Shown here in pieces: positions 1 through 13,499 of a DNA stretch of 64,000 nucleotides. The notes under the pieces were generated by a model. It saw nothing but the letters and a program-made list of their open reading frames with translations. It made no database searches and was not told the DNA's origin. This stretch comes from Vicugna vicugna (Eukaryota): assembly GCA_013265495.1 (NCBI GenBank), contig MU058636.1, forward strand, positions 3,831,967 to 3,895,966. Reading direction: 5' to 3'. Every line of letters begins with the position of its first letter. Within the stretch, counting starts at the first letter, position 1. The translations under genes were made by a program, and so were the position numbers.

Positions 1-19
1 TCGGCACAGTGGTGTGGTT

Positions 20-560
20 TGTCTCCAGCCACATTTTCACGGGCATGTGTGCAGGGGTAGGTGGAAAGTCAATTTGAACCAGGGGTGTACTTTTGCAGAG
101 AGAAAACAACAGCGAAAGAGAGAGTTAGGGGTGTATATGAGGAAGCGGCTATAACTGACCGTGGAATTTAAGCCGGATATGACAGAAAGTGAGGCACGGA
201 AGGGTCAGGGACAGTGAAAATGTGTTGGGATCAATGGATTGAAAGTCCTAGAGTTACAGCTGGAATGTATTGTGAATAAAGTAGAAAGACTGGAGGTGAG
301 ATGTTTGAAATGGAGGATCTGGAGGGGTTCCAGGAATTACTGAAGACAAAAATCTAATGGTACAACCATGGCAGTGAGTGGTTGAAGTATGGTAGACGAC
401 AAGGCCATTGAGAGGTAGGTCAAGGAAATGAGAAACTGGTGGATGGGAGAGATTATTTATGATTGAGATTAAAATCCCAAGAATTATCAAAAAGTTGTGT
501 TGAAGGAGAATGACAATGTGTGCAAGGAGCTGAATTTTATATTTTAAATCTATGAAAATA
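20..560 (-). mobile_element. ancient LINE (L2-like) remnant
   Basis: Purine-rich decayed sequence resembling an antisense L2 body; boundaries approximate. Confidence 0.4.
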
Positions 561-859
561 TGAAGTACAGAGAAAACTGGGGATCCAAATAAGTCTTTTT
601 GATAGTTTAGTGGCGTGCCTCTGATTTTTGTCTTTTTGAGGGACATGTATGATTTTTGTTGTTGTAATTTACTCAACTGCCCAAATGTTTCTTAATAGTT
701 CCAGCATCATGCCTGGGCTGAACTGGTCTTTGCTGGTGAAAGGTATGTCAGATCTTTGCAGGTGAATATGTCTGCATCACAGGAATACCTTGGCCATGAG
801 GAACTTGACTCTTTACTATCTGTCTCACTTCCTCTCTGTCTGAGGAAGAAGTAGACTGG

Positions 860-1760
860 TAGCTAATTGAATATTTCTAGAAATAATCTTAACAAGAAAT
901 GTGTAAGGTATAACTAGAGCAATAACAACCTTTCTAAAAACGTAAAAGAAAATCCAAACAAATAGGGAACAACTATGTTCCTGGGTAGGAAAATTCAATA
1001 TTGTGATGACGTCATCTCCCCCCAAATTAAAAGTCAAATTCAATGGAATTCCAACCAAAATACCTAAGAGATTGTTTTGAAGCTCAGCAAGTTGATTCTT
1101 AAGTTCATCTGGAAGAGTAAATATGTGAAAATAGTCCAGAAAATGTTGAACAGGAATAACAAGGAAAGACTGGAACTACCAGTTATCAAAGCAAGCTGTT
1201 AAGTTACGGTAAAGGAAAGAGGTAAAATTCTGATGCACAGGAGAGACAAACAGATCGATGGCATACCTGTGTGTACAGGGGAAGCAGTATTTGGTAAAAC
1301 AAGCGCTTCAAATGGGCGGGAGGACAGTCAAACAAGTAATTGTTGGCTATTTCTTCAGGGGAAAAAAAAATCAAGTCCTTAAATCGCAATATACATAAAA
1401 GTAAATTCCAAGTAAAGGTCTAAATATTTTTAAAGTGGATACTGGAAGAAAATAGAAGAGAACATCTTAATAATAATGGAGGTGAAAAAGTCTTTTGCAA
1501 AAGGAGAACTCTAATCGCTGAGGTCCAGAAAAGATTAAATAACAGATCTGACTGCAAAACCTAAGGAATATTCTATGCAGTAAAAGATTAAAGTGTAAGA
1601 ACTTCCAGAATAAGCAAAAAATCCATTTATTTGTGTTTTTATTTATTAATAACCTTGTCATTTGAAAGAGGATTTGGGGACTCTTGCTGTTAGCAATGAA
1701 TATAGAATAGAATAAGAGACAATACACATACACACAGACGAATGAGGGCTAAGGCAAAAA
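860..1760 (+). mobile_element. old L1 (L1M-type) ORF2 remnant
   Basis: A-rich, with L1 ORF2 hallmarks such as ttcaatggaattccaaccaaaatacc and ttcttaagttcatctggaagagtaaa. Confidence 0.75.
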
Positions 1761-2062
1761 ATTTATATAGGAAGACAAAGTCAGTGAACTAAATATATTT
1801 CATGACTCCCTAAACAAGTTTTAGAAATGAATAGCATATTTTTCTTTGAGTTTCCTAGAAGCCGGAAAACAGAGGGAAACAACACCCACTGGCCAGTTCC
1901 TAGTGTCCAGAAGACAACAGTTAAGGTGTTTAGGACATGCACAGATTTCTGATGCTGACACAGGAAAGAAATGTCTTTGGTAGGTCCCTTCTGTCTTTGG
2001 AAATAAAAGAGCAATAAATTAATACAGAGGACAAATTATTTGTCAAGTTTAATGTAGCCACA

Positions 2063-2170
2063 CATGGGGACAGATGGTTACTTATGGTGATTATTTCATA
2101 ATGCATGCAAGTGTCAAATCATGATGCAGTACACCTGAGACTAACATAATACTGTACATCAACTGTATTT
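2063..2170 (+). mobile_element. L1 3' terminal fragment
   Basis: atggttacttatggtga...gtacacctgagactaacataatactgtacatcaactgtatt resembles an L1MA-type 3' end. Confidence 0.7.
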
Positions 2171-3010
2171 CCCCCCAAAATGTGATGTAGCTACATAATG
2201 TCAAGCAAGCCTTGTGGCTGCATTGTTAATGTTTCCCAGATATTGGCAGGGCCTCTACTTGTTGCATCCACTTGGCCCCTTCACTGGTTTTGACAAGAAA
2301 TCCAGCCTCACTGAGCATTGCGTGGTTTTTGTAGGTGTTACTGATTTTCATAGGTACCCTCCCCATCCCCTCCCCTGCTCCTTCTTGGCCTCTTCATCCC
2401 TTCTCCAGGCCAACTCCACGCACATCCAAGTCTTCCTCCATCAGCAGCTGTTTCCCTCCCTCTGGTCCCGGCAGCAGCCAGTGGGCACCCTACCCTCGGA
2501 GCCAGCCACTTACCCAAAGTGGAGTAGTGTAGCATTTCCCCACAAAAACCTGCCTGTCTGGTGGAGAAACGTCTTCACTCCCCATTTTGTACAGTAAGAT
2601 CGGGGAGCCAGTCGCCTCTTCCCCGCTCTCTCCACCTCCCATCTGATCCAGGAGATGCCTGGTCAGGGAAATTCCTGCCTCTCCTCCCAGACCAGCCAGT
2701 GTGGTTTAGGGTTTAATTCACAGAGATTTCATCAGCTGAAGCATCTCCTTACAGTTCTCTCAGCTCCGGCACTAGCTTTATAAATAAGTTTCTCATTTTA
2801 ATTATGAACCCGCACAATGGAAGTAGATGATTAAACGAGGAGAAATCTGAAATTACTTCTGACCTGGGTGAAGTAAACAAGTGCCTACTTCCATGAGTGT
2901 TCTACAAATAGAATGCAGGCGTGACATCAAGGACATTCGTCAGCCTCCCGCTCCCCGAGCTGCTGTTGTTCTCGTCTGAAGATGTTTTCCTTTTCCGTTC
3001 TTTGCTTTAG

Positions 3011-3056
3011 TTATGAGGATCCAGACAAGTGCTTGATTCTCTACGGTGATGATCAG
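3011..3056 (+). pseudogene. WDR95: exon a (46 nt): YEDPDKCLILYGDDQ
   Basis: Acceptor ttttccgttctttgctttAG, donor CAG|GTAGGT; phase 2 to 0. Confidence 0.85.
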
Positions 3057-3289
3057 GTAGGTGTGGAGGGCAGAAGGAGGCAGTCGGCACTGATTCAGGG
3101 GCCAGAAGACCATCTGCCATCCTTTCAGGGAGAAGCAAGGGGGAGGGAAGTGGGTGGGAGCATCGGTGTCTCAAAGCCCAGGCACAAGGAGAGGAAACAG
3201 AAAAGGAAATAACAGCATTATGACAAATAAATAAAACACTAAGAAGTCACACGGGCAGAGTGCTCACCTCTGCCCGATGCTCTGCTCAG

Positions 3290-3480
3290 TGCCTGCAGCA
3301 GTCCTCACACCCCCCGCCCCCCACCAGGCGATGTTCTTAGTGTCGTTTGTGAGAACTGGGACACTGAGGCACAGAGCAGTCGTGCAATTTTCCCAGGTTA
3401 CGTGCTGCTGGGAGGTGACAGAGCTGAGATTTGAACCTGAGCAGTCTTATCTGAGCCTGCATTTAAACACTGTGCTTTAC
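3290..3480 (-). mobile_element. MIR SINE
   Basis: Core motifs actgaggcacagag...ttcccaggttac...gagctgagatttgaacc. Confidence 0.7.
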
Positions 3481-4607
3481 TGGCTTTCAAGTAAAACGAA
3501 AGGGATGTTCCAGGCAAATGTGTGAAGAAACAGGACTGAGAATGAAGGAATCACTCAGAAAGCTTTCAAGTCAAAGAACGGGGGCCGGGGGGAGGGGGGT
3601 AGCGCGATGCATGAGGCAGGGGAGGCTCCTGTTAATCAGAGCTAAGAGGAAAGGGGCCAGGAGGGAGGAATCCTTTCTCTGGATTTTGTTTCACAATTAG
3701 AAATAAGGCTGAAATGCAAATTCCCGTGGAAGAGGAGGCAGTGGTGTGCATACAGCTGAAGTTGGTGGTGTGATGTCCCAGCATCTTTTTGAAGAGTGCG
3801 TTGGAACAGGGCAAAGCCAGAACATCAGGAGAGCGGCAGATTCTTGGACCAGGAATGGGACAGAGGAAGAAGAGAGACCACAACAGACACTGAACTCCAA
3901 CTGGTCCCGATTTCTAGTTTTGCTTGGGTATTCCTTTCTCTCTGCTTTCCCTAGAACCTTTTAAGGAAGATTTAAAAGTAAAAAAAATTGAAGAGCCAGG
4001 AGTGGACAGCCTGGTGCTTCTACAGAGACCTACAGCCCAGGGGCCCTGCACCGTGGGAGCAGGGAATCTACACTCACTGCCCATCTCCAGGGGGCGCCAT
4101 TCACACAGACTGCGACATGAATGGTGTCCCTGGATCTGCGCTTCGCAGTTGCCAGGCCTGGAATTCCCCAAATGGATGCTGGCACGAGGATGGGATGGAA
4201 GAGGCGACCCCACCCCACCCCCACCCCTCGCGGGGTCAGTCATGCCTCCGCGGTCACCAGCCCCAGGCAACTGTTAAATCCAGCTCCAGGGCTCTGCCTG
4301 TCCACTGTGCTGCAGTCCTGGGTGCGGTCCAGCCTGTGACTGGCAGCAGTCCAGCAGAAGCCAGGCAGGCGAGTCCAGGGCCCATCCAGGCGACGCTGCC
4401 TGTTCATTATAATGCAAGTTCATTGGTAAAAATGCAAATGATTCGTTCTACTTCATCCTTTTGACAGACTGTGCTGGGAGCAATAACTGGCTGCTCCCTA
4501 CACCTGTCATCACTGCAGCACTGCTCACTTGGTGTAAAAGGCCTGCCATCCTTCAGGTGTATATATAGCAACCGGCGTGAAAGCCGCCTGGTGGAAACTC
4601 GATCATT

Positions 4608-4626
4608 CACTGCCCCCTAGTGGACT
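4608..4626 (-). promoter_or_regulatory. CTCF-binding motif (strong match)
   Basis: Minus strand reads GTCCACTAGGGGGCAGTG, matching the CCACYAGRGGGCRS core. Confidence 0.6.
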
Positions 4627-7600
4627 GGAAGTGAATGAGCCCATATACTGTGCTCCTTTGATTTAGGTTCTGAGCAAATCGAGTTGCATTTTGTTTCAGG
4701 TATAGTTTGCAGGGTCTGTTGCCTTTTAATCGTTGTTGCTAGCGGCTGTGGTTCTTCATTAACAGCACTTTAGTGAGATAAAGTATCAATCATGGGCGGC
4801 TCTTTATGGAGCTTTATTTGAATGTTAAAAAGTCTCAACATTTTCAAATAGTTTTGAGCCCTCATTTGATGCTCATTTTAAAAATCAATTTTTCTTTAGG
4901 CTGAAGAAAGGCTTAAAGTGAAGGTAGCATTAAAGAGCTCATGCTGCTGTCTAGCAAAGCCATGAGTTTTGCCTGAAAGAGAAATAAGTTTACTGGCTCT
5001 GTCTGTCTTATCACCTAACATCTCCTAACCATCCTTTGTCAGCTTTCAAGGTCTTCACAGTTTGCATAATTCTTGATGGGCATGTGTCCCTGGAATCGGG
5101 AACACACTCAGCATAAGGGAAGCTGCACTGGCGATATGCTGACCTGGGCAAGGGAAACCTGGCCCGTCATCCCCATACCATGAAGGCGGCCTCCTTGAGT
5201 GACTATGCAGATTCCTTGGGCTTATTCCTTTATTGCATCTGGCCCAGGATCACGCACTTAATATCCACCAATGATAATATCCACCAATGTTGCATTCAGC
5301 ATACAAGAAATCTGTTTCTTAAGATGGTTAAAATAATCTACTCTTATACCCTTTCTGAGCTATTTGCTCATTGCAAGGACTTGAACAGATTTGCAACTCT
5401 CTCAGAGTTCAGCGACATCATTGCTGTGACCTTATAGCTCATCTACTGTTAGAATATTATAGATGCTAGAAGAACTCTCTTCCATAGCCTGGACTCTTGC
5501 CATAAAGACCTCGATTCATGAAGTCTAGGCCAACAACATCCAAAGGCACCCCTCATATATATGGATTAGCTTCTCATCCATGCATCTAGAATGATGCTAG
5601 TTACATGTCATCCTTGGGAGAAATGCAAAAAAGCTAGCCCCTCAAATCATTTTCTGTGCCTGGTGGTACAGATGAGGAAGCTGGGCAGAGAGATGGTTAC
5701 ATAAGAGGTGGCATCTGGCTCAGATTGGAAGGGGGGTAATGCTGTACACCACCCCACCCTACCCCGCTGGGACAGCCTTGGTCATTTAATTAATTTATTT
5801 CAGGTTGACCAAAGGATGGACACAATACTGATGATAGGAAACTTCCAAGAGAGAGAATGTTGGTGAGAAAAGCGCAGAGCAGAACTCAGATTTTTCCACC
5901 CTTGTGTAGATCAGGAGCCGCAGCAAGTGAAGCGCTTCAGTGTTCTTCCTGAGCAAACTGTAGTCCTCCCCGGAATGTCACAGGCAGTGCTGCCGGTGAT
6001 TCATCAGGTTAAACCTTTCCTCCTTAGTCAGAAAAATACAAAACGGCTGTCCAGTGTCGGGGCCCAGAGGGTCCTGGGCGTGAGGAGGGGGAGACGGAGC
6101 AGGCTTGTTCACTAACCGGTCAGAACGTTCTAGTTGTGAAAACTTGAATGGCTGCTGAGGAACATAGTGAAACCCTCAACCCATGGAAACTTCCAATCCA
6201 ATAATAAACATTAAATAGGCTTGGGTGTGACTTACCAGAGAGAACTAGGCCAGCAGAGCCGCCTTTCTGCAGGTCCCCAGTACAGCGCAGTGAAGCTGGG
6301 GGACTGCCTGTTTTACCAACGTTGGGCAAGGTGCCCACTGAGTGGCTCCATTTTGCCTGACCTAGTTTAAATCGGTCGGCCGACATGTCTCCTGGACCCA
6401 GAGGCCCGGGATCTGAGTGGTCATGCGGTCTGCCCCTTGGCCTCCTCAGCTGTCATCTCTAAAGAGGTGCTCGAGCCAGGACTGCATGAAGTGCTAGAGG
6501 CAGGGAGCAGGGAGAGCAGGGTCCGGGTGTGGGCACAAGCTAAGAATATTCTTTTGTCCACCCTGGGAATTTGACAACCTAACTAGAAAAATCAACGCAA
6601 AATACGTGGGTAATGATTTTAAAGTGCACATGAAGAAGGCACGCAGCACACAGTCAGAATTTCTGCTGTCTGGCCTTGTCGTGGTGCTTCTTCCGGTGAA
6701 GACCGCCCGGCTCCGGGCACGCGGCAGGTGGGTGAAGGGGTGCAGCAGGCAGACATGGCAGAGAGAGCCCGGCTCCGAGCCGGCCGAATTCAGCCGGGAA
6801 GCTGGCTGTCTCCTCGAGGCTGCGGGCTCGGCTCAGCCGCGTCCTGTCCAGCTGGTCTCGGGCCAGGCTGCCTCACTGGCGGTACTGAGCATGTTTTACG
6901 TAAGCGTTTCAAAGCCGCCGCCGCTGCTGCAGTGACTATAACCTGGCCTTTCATGTCTCAGTCTAGACAGATGCAGGGTTGAATAAAGGATTCCTCCAAG
7001 CCCTGTGTCACATTGGCCATCTGGAACGAAGCCGACCGCTCATTTAGCAAATTGCGCTGTTTGAATGCAGCTGCTGTGTCTCAGCGTTGCTGCTGCCGGG
7101 ACGGCTTGCACGATTCCTCTGCCTTCACTCGGCTAAGCCGTTGCTCTCAATCTGCCGGGGAACGCACAAGGGCTGTTAGTGCAGACAAGGCACTTGACCC
7201 ACATGACTTCCGAGCCCAGGGGGAGCATTCGTCTTGTGCGGGGCCGTCTTTTCCTCAAAAGCAAGGGCACCTTGCCTGTGCGTCCTGCCTTCATGAAAGC
7301 GCCTTTATTAAGAATCCCATTAAGCGCCACAGCGCCCAGCCATGCAACACTGTAAATATCACCCTTTACAAACACATCCAGAGGCCCGGCGTGGGCAGCT
7401 GGCCCGGTGACAAGTCAGGAGGTGACCTCAGACCTCAGATCTCTGCGGACAGGAGGGTGTTGTGTGACAGCCTGGGGCCTCTCTCCTTTTGGAAAGATGG
7501 ATTACAGTCATTAGCAGATAATGTCAACAAAGCCCCTGAGATGATTTGAATAAGCTTTGGAAGCAAGATAATTTCAGACTAGCAATGAACGCTCAGGTTG

Positions 7601-7969
7601 GTTTTTGTGTTGTTTTTTTCCCCCTTGGTTTTCTATTTTCCAAAAGGGGGACCACCCAGGGTAAGCAGTTCATTGTCAGGATGTCTGGTCACTGTGGCTT
7701 GGTCCTGATAATTATCTGCTATTTATCAGACAAATAATCTGGTGTGACCCCTGGTTTCATCAACTGCTTAACTCAACTGGGGTCACAGTGTCTAGACCTG
7801 GAAGTCAGAAGCCAAAAGGAGTGTTTATGAAATAAGCATCATGTGCTCCACCCTGAGCTAGGCCCCCTGGAAAAGAGACAAAACAGTGCAATAAATGATC
7901 TTTGACCTTAAATCCTTTGGGAGACAAAAAGAACAAATACAGAGTATTTAGCACAGGGAAGCCGTGAGG

Positions 7970-8150
7970 TATGCGGGCTTTGGAGTCAGATTTCCTGGAT
8001 TCGAATCCCAAGTGCAATTTTGGGCAAATTCACCTTCTGAATCTGCTTTCTCATCTGCAAAATTAGGTGGACATTTATCTCGGAGTTATTTTTAGGAGAG
8101 ATGGAATCAATGTTTGTATGTTGTAAGAATTCAACAAACCTTACTAATGG
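7970..8150 (+). mobile_element. MIR SINE
   Basis: ctttggagtcaga...ggattcgaatccca...ttttctcatctgcaaaat. Confidence 0.7.
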
Positions 8151-9659
8151 TAGTTAAAGGATGCACGATCTTGACTATAAATGCCAGAGGGATTCAGAGG
8201 GAATAAAGAGCATTTTGGATTAGGGAGAACAAGGCAGTCTTTCTCGATTAGCTAGATCCTGAAGGAAATACAAACTCTGGGGAGAGGAAGGGTGTCTGAT
8301 GGGAGGAAGACACAGAGACCAGGGCAGAGTAGGAGGTGGGGCGGCTGGTTGGCCTGGAGGGAAGAGCTCCCATTTTGGGGTGTAGGGGTGGAAATGCTGA
8401 ATGAATGAGGGCCCCCCCTTGATGGAGGATCCTGAAATCAAACTAAAGGATTTTAACCTAATCTAACTGGTAACATGGAAGCACCGTGATTTCTTTAGCA
8501 GGAAAGTGCAGAGAGCGTGCCGTGGGTTAGAGGGACTTACCTGGTGCCACGGAAGAGGGTGGTTAACTGGGGAAATCAGGGCTGGGAGACAAGGTCCAAG
8601 CCAGGCCCTGTTCCAGGCCCAATGGATGAGGGGTTAAGTGAAGGTAGCCCCAGGGTGGATGGGATGGAATAAAGCTGGTGCTCCCTTCTGCACTAGACAG
8701 ACCCGATGCCTGGGTAACCACTGAGAGGGAGGGAGAGGGAGGCAGAAGGGAAGCGCCAGGAAATAGTTGCCTGCTTTTCAGCCAAAGTTCCCCAACCCTT
8801 CTCATTTTACCAAGCGTAGGGCCCTAGAACACAGAGAGACTAACTGGCCCCAAAAGTTAGGGGGCCACCCAGAAAGGGAGCTGTGTTCTGGCCGCCCAGG
8901 CTAAGAGGCATGGAGAGTGAGTGACATCGTCCCCGTGAGGGTCGTGTGGGACAGCTCAGCTGTAATACTCAAGGAGCATGGGTTAGGGGTGAGTTTTGGA
9001 AGGAAAGAGCAGAGGGCTAAGACCCCAGTCTCAGAGGCATGAGCAAGGAGCTGAGAGGAACTAGCAGAAGCCGAGGGAGGAAGGCAGTCCAGGCGGAAAG
9101 AGCCCGTCAGTAGTCAAGCATCCAGGGAGCTCAGGGGAGATGAGAGACTGAGAAATGCCCTTTGATTTATTAGAGACGGAACCCGTGGTGAGCAAAACGC
9201 CAGTGGAGGAACAGGAACACAAGCCAGATTGCAGGGCTCTGAGGAGGGAACGTGGAGGAAGAAAATGACACGTTAACTAGGAGAGATGTGGAGAGAGGGC
9301 AAGCGCATACTGCGATTTCCCGAAATAAAATGAGTTTCTAAACGGTACTGTAATCGCAGGAAAATGTGACAGAACCCAGTGACGCTAATGTAATTCTCAC
9401 TGATAGATTATGTACTGGAAAAATCTTACAGACCACACGCAACACAGAATTTTTGGGTATATATCATGCTAACGTTAAAAAAAACAAAACCCAGCACACT
9501 GAGATTGCTTTTGTGTCCAGACTGAGCAAGAAAATGGCATTATCTACTGTGAACGCCACATCCTGTGAACTTGACAAAGGCCATAGCTCGTTCCGTGCTG
9601 ATCCACCTGAGCTCAGAGACCACGTGAAACTGAGCAAGTCCAGAGTTGACGCCACTTAG

Positions 9660-9825
9660 GCCTTCGGTTACCTTGGGCTCATCACTCAACCTCTTTCTGC
9701 CTCAATCTTCTCATCTGTCAAATGGAAATAATAAAATCGCCTGCCCCAGAGGATAATTGTATAGATTTCACAAGATAAGTCATTCAAAGCAGTTAGTTAC
9801 TGTTGTGCCTGGCACTTATCCAAGG
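9660..9825 (+). mobile_element. MIR SINE
   Basis: ccttgggc...tgcctcaatcttctcatctgtcaaatggaaataataa...gtgcctggcac. Confidence 0.7.
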
Positions 9826-10311
9826 AAACATTGTTTAGTCACGTGACACCATCCGCAAACTAGCAGCTCTAATTTCATACAAGAGACAGCAGCTCTGCTG
9901 TTGCACACACCCTGCTGTTATGCTGGCGTTTCCTCTGTGCCAAATGCTATTCCAGGTGCCAGTCACTGTGAGAAATGTCCCAGAGTGATCCAGGTCCTCC
10001 AAGTACAATGTCACATGCAGTGGGGAGCTGCCCCCGTGACCTCGGTCCGGGCATTTGGACAGGACAGTCTGTCCAGGACCACGTCCCGCTCAAGGTTACA
10101 GCCGCTCCACCTGCTGCGGATGAAAGCTTGTCTGTTTGAGGGGAAACAGAGAAGCCTGAAAGCGATCACTCCCTTTTAAATGGAAAAGGGCTGCTGGATG
10201 CTTCTGCTGGGAGAACACAAGCTCTTCATGTGCAGGAAATAAATGGAATGTGTTGGCTTTTTACTTCTGAAGAGAATTTATTTTTCTTTTCTTTTTTAAA
10301 CTGTGTTGCAG

Positions 10312-10358
10312 AGATGTGTGAACATTCTGTTTTTGGCTTCTGTCGGTGAACTATTAAG
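10312..10358 (+). pseudogene. WDR95: exon b (47 nt): RCVNILFLASVGELLR
   Basis: Polypyrimidine tract + tgcAG; donor AAG|GTAAAT; phase 0 to 2; joins GDDQ to (G/R)CVNIL. Confidence 0.85.
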
Positions 10359-12616
10359 GTAAATATTGAAGTTTAAGTCTAATTTCTAAAAGAAGGGGAA
10401 TAACACATTTTTGAAAAGCAAGTTTTATATAACTGTTGCCATGGGGTAAAAGACTAAACCCAGAAAATGCTCTTAAGATAGCTTAGGGTTTGGATTCACT
10501 TTTTCTTCTTCTTTCTCATTTTCTCATCCCCACCCCCTGCTGTACTCTTTTCCTGCTCTGCTCTGATGCTCCCCCATCATGGCTGCGGCGCCACTACCGA
10601 CCTCCAAAGTCGGCACATTTATCGTTCATCTGAGAAATGTTTTCTGAGGATATATCAGATCATTCTGCTGGGTTCAGAGGACAGAGCAGTGAAACCAAAA
10701 CCAGCCACGGGGAAAGTCAGGGTGGACATTTCTACTAAACATACAATCTTCAGAGGGTCAGAGAAAACAACCGCCTGTGTTGGTAGGGGTGGGCAAGGTG
10801 GGCAAGCTGCTGTAACTAATAACCCCCACATTCTTTCCAGATTCACGCATTTAATGGGTGGCTTCCATGGGGTGATTTGGGGATCCAGGCTCCCCAAGGG
10901 CCTTGGAGCCTCTGCATCCAGGCAGCATGTTAAGGAGGAGATCTGAGTGAAGGGTCCTGTGGGCAGCCTTACGGGCGCGGCCGGGAAGGGCTGTGGGTCG
11001 CTTCTGCCCAGATGCCCGGAGTCAGGCACACGCCCCCCTGATTGCAAGGGAAGCTGGGAACAGTGAACAAGCACGGAGGGCAGTGGGTTTGGAGCGTAAC
11101 CAGCCTGAGTAGTCACATAGCCTGCGAAGGAAGAACCAGGACAACAACACACTGTATGTTTCCTGTGACATTCTGGCTGGTGGCACAGAACCCCCTTGTC
11201 ACCAGGGGTTCCTCTCTTCCCGTCACCTCTCTCTTTGCCCCTTCTTCCCTCTCCTCTTTGCCACTGGCTGGCCTGCTGAGTCCAACTCCTCTCAGGCTCA
11301 GGGAGTGGCCATCTTTGCTTGGCTTCCAAACTTCATATCTGAAATGCGATGGGGAGCCGTCCATTCTGGGTCTTCAAATTCCTCTCCCACCTTCAGTGCT
11401 CAGATCAAACCCTGTCTCTTCGCAAGGCCTCCCTGATCGGCACACACAGCCCACCCTCTGCCCCGCCGTCGTCTGCCCCTCACCCGGGCCCTTCCCTTTC
11501 ACCACCTCACCTTTCTGACAGAATTAACGCCATTGCAGAGAACAGCACGTGTCACCCAGCCGGCAGTCACGACACATCTGCGGAGGGAAGAGAGTGAGAT
11601 GACAGGACCCACCAGCCCAAGCTCTGTGCCCTGAGGCTTGGCTGCAGCCAGATCCTTCCCACTGCCGCGTGTCCTCCTCCATGACCCAGAGACACTACTG
11701 TCTGCACCGCCCTTCCCTCCAGAGGGGTTTTGAGATTTAAATGAGGTCACTCAGGTGTATCCAGAAAGAGAACAAGGAAGGCTGGTCCCCAGGCTTATCT
11801 GACCAAGAGGCAAACACGAGGTGTCCTGGGGAGGGACTCAGGTGAGTCCCAGCACCTGCCAGGGGGCAACACCCCCGCCCCCAGGCTGTGTCAGCCGGAC
11901 CGGGAAGTCACGGAGTGCCTGTCCGTGGGGCTTCTTGGAAACAGGAGGTGTCCTCTGAAGTCAACAGGAAGGAGAAGTCTGGAAAGAACAGCCTGGTTTC
12001 TGGCTTTGAAGTCAGTAGAGGAATAGCTTTTGCAAGCAACAGATCTAGCTGGCTAAAATCGCTCTGTGATCAGAGCGCTGCTTAAAACCACATTTAATGC
12101 CTGAAAGGCAAGCACGGCTTCTTTCCACATTTAGAAACCTGTGAGCAAATGCAGGCTGCACCGGGTTCTCCTGAAAAGGCTTCATGTTAATGCGGATCAC
12201 TGGCACCACACATTACGTGTAAATGCCCCTCTGCACCCAGTGGTTTTGCTGAGGAGACCTGATTCCTCTGAATGGCTGTACCACTGGTTGACTTTAAGTT
12301 CCCTGGATAGTGCAGGATCCACACTCTCTAGAGAACATTTCATTTCTGTTTGAGCTGAAGGAAAAATTCCTCTTGGAGCAAAGTGAATTATCACCCAAGT
12401 GTCTTTTGCTCCTTTCGCTCGTTTTTGGAAGCTACCAGAAGAAGGATGCTAGACACGGCCCCATTACACTCTCCCCCAGTTGGTCCTGGAGATGCCAAGT
12501 GTGCGCCGTTATTGGTGGAGATGTCCCAAGGTGTATTGGTAGAGACTCCGGGGAATGGGATGAGAGCTCTAGGCCCTGTCCACACAGCAGGAGTCCGCTG
12601 GGCCTGCCCAGCTGTC

Positions 12617-12927
12617 TCTCAGGGGAGGGGACACCCTGAATCCCCCTCAGAGGGAGGTCACCCCCCCATTCCTCTCAGTGGAAGCACACACCCCAGCTCC
12701 GCCTCGGGAGGAGGTCACACCCCAGCTCCCTCTCAAGGGGAGGTCACGCCCCCAATTCCTCGCAGAGGGGAGGTCAACCCCCAATTCCCTCTCAGGGAGA
12801 AGATCACACGCTGATTCCTCCCAGGGGGAGGGGAGGTCAGACACCAGCTCCCTCTCAGGGGCAGGTCACCCCCTCAGTTCCTCTCAGGGGTACATCACAC
12901 CCCAGCTCCTGCTCCAGAAGAGGTCAG
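12617..12927. repeat. degenerate minisatellite, ~11 copies of a ~29-bp unit (TCAGGGGAGGTCACACCCCAGCTCCCTC)
   Basis: Unit visibly recurs at about 29-30 bp spacing. Confidence 0.85.
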
Positions 12928-13499
12928 TCTGGGTCGAGTGTTCTGTCACTGTTGGTGGCTGGGATTCCAAGGAAACAGCTGCTGGGTCTTGTCACAGCCA
13001 CATCTAGGGACAGAGAAGCACAGAGCGGGAGGGAAGTGCTGGTGGAATTCTCAGAGGCTGTCTCACCCCACGTGGGGTGAGTCCAGACTCAAATGGCACA
13101 GAGAGGGCACCCAGAGATCTCAGCCTCTCCCAGACACCAGCAGCACCCCCACAGACTCTCCCACACACGCCCCAGAGATACCCGCGAGTGTTCCCACAAG
13201 TAAATGCACAGACCGTCGTCACAAATGGTCACTGCCACCTCCTCCAGAGACACTCTCAGGCTCACCCCATAGACTCTCTGTACTCTAGTCACACTCACAC
13301 CCCACACAGTCCCCGCTGTCACCACACAGACGCTTTACAGACACCCCCCACATCCCCCACGGACACCTCAAAATAAGCCCCCAAACCCTCGCACACAGCC
13401 CTCCACACATCTTCTGCCGACTTCCCTCACATTTACCCCAACACGGCTCCCAACTTCATCCTACAGTCTCCCCAAACAACACTCACAAGCACCCTAGAA

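Noticed and set aside
5804..5862. Exon-like segment (ttcAG…TG|GTGAGA; VDQRMDTILMIGNFQEREC)
   Set aside because: Exons a and b already join in phase; 59 nt would break the frame and there is no family motif
10655..11329. 224-aa minus-strand ORF
   Set aside because: No recognisable domain; overlaps an LTR-like relic; chance ORF in GC-rich intron
12617..12927. Possible CRISPR-like array
   Set aside because: Degenerate head-to-tail units without unique spacers, no cas genes, mammalian context
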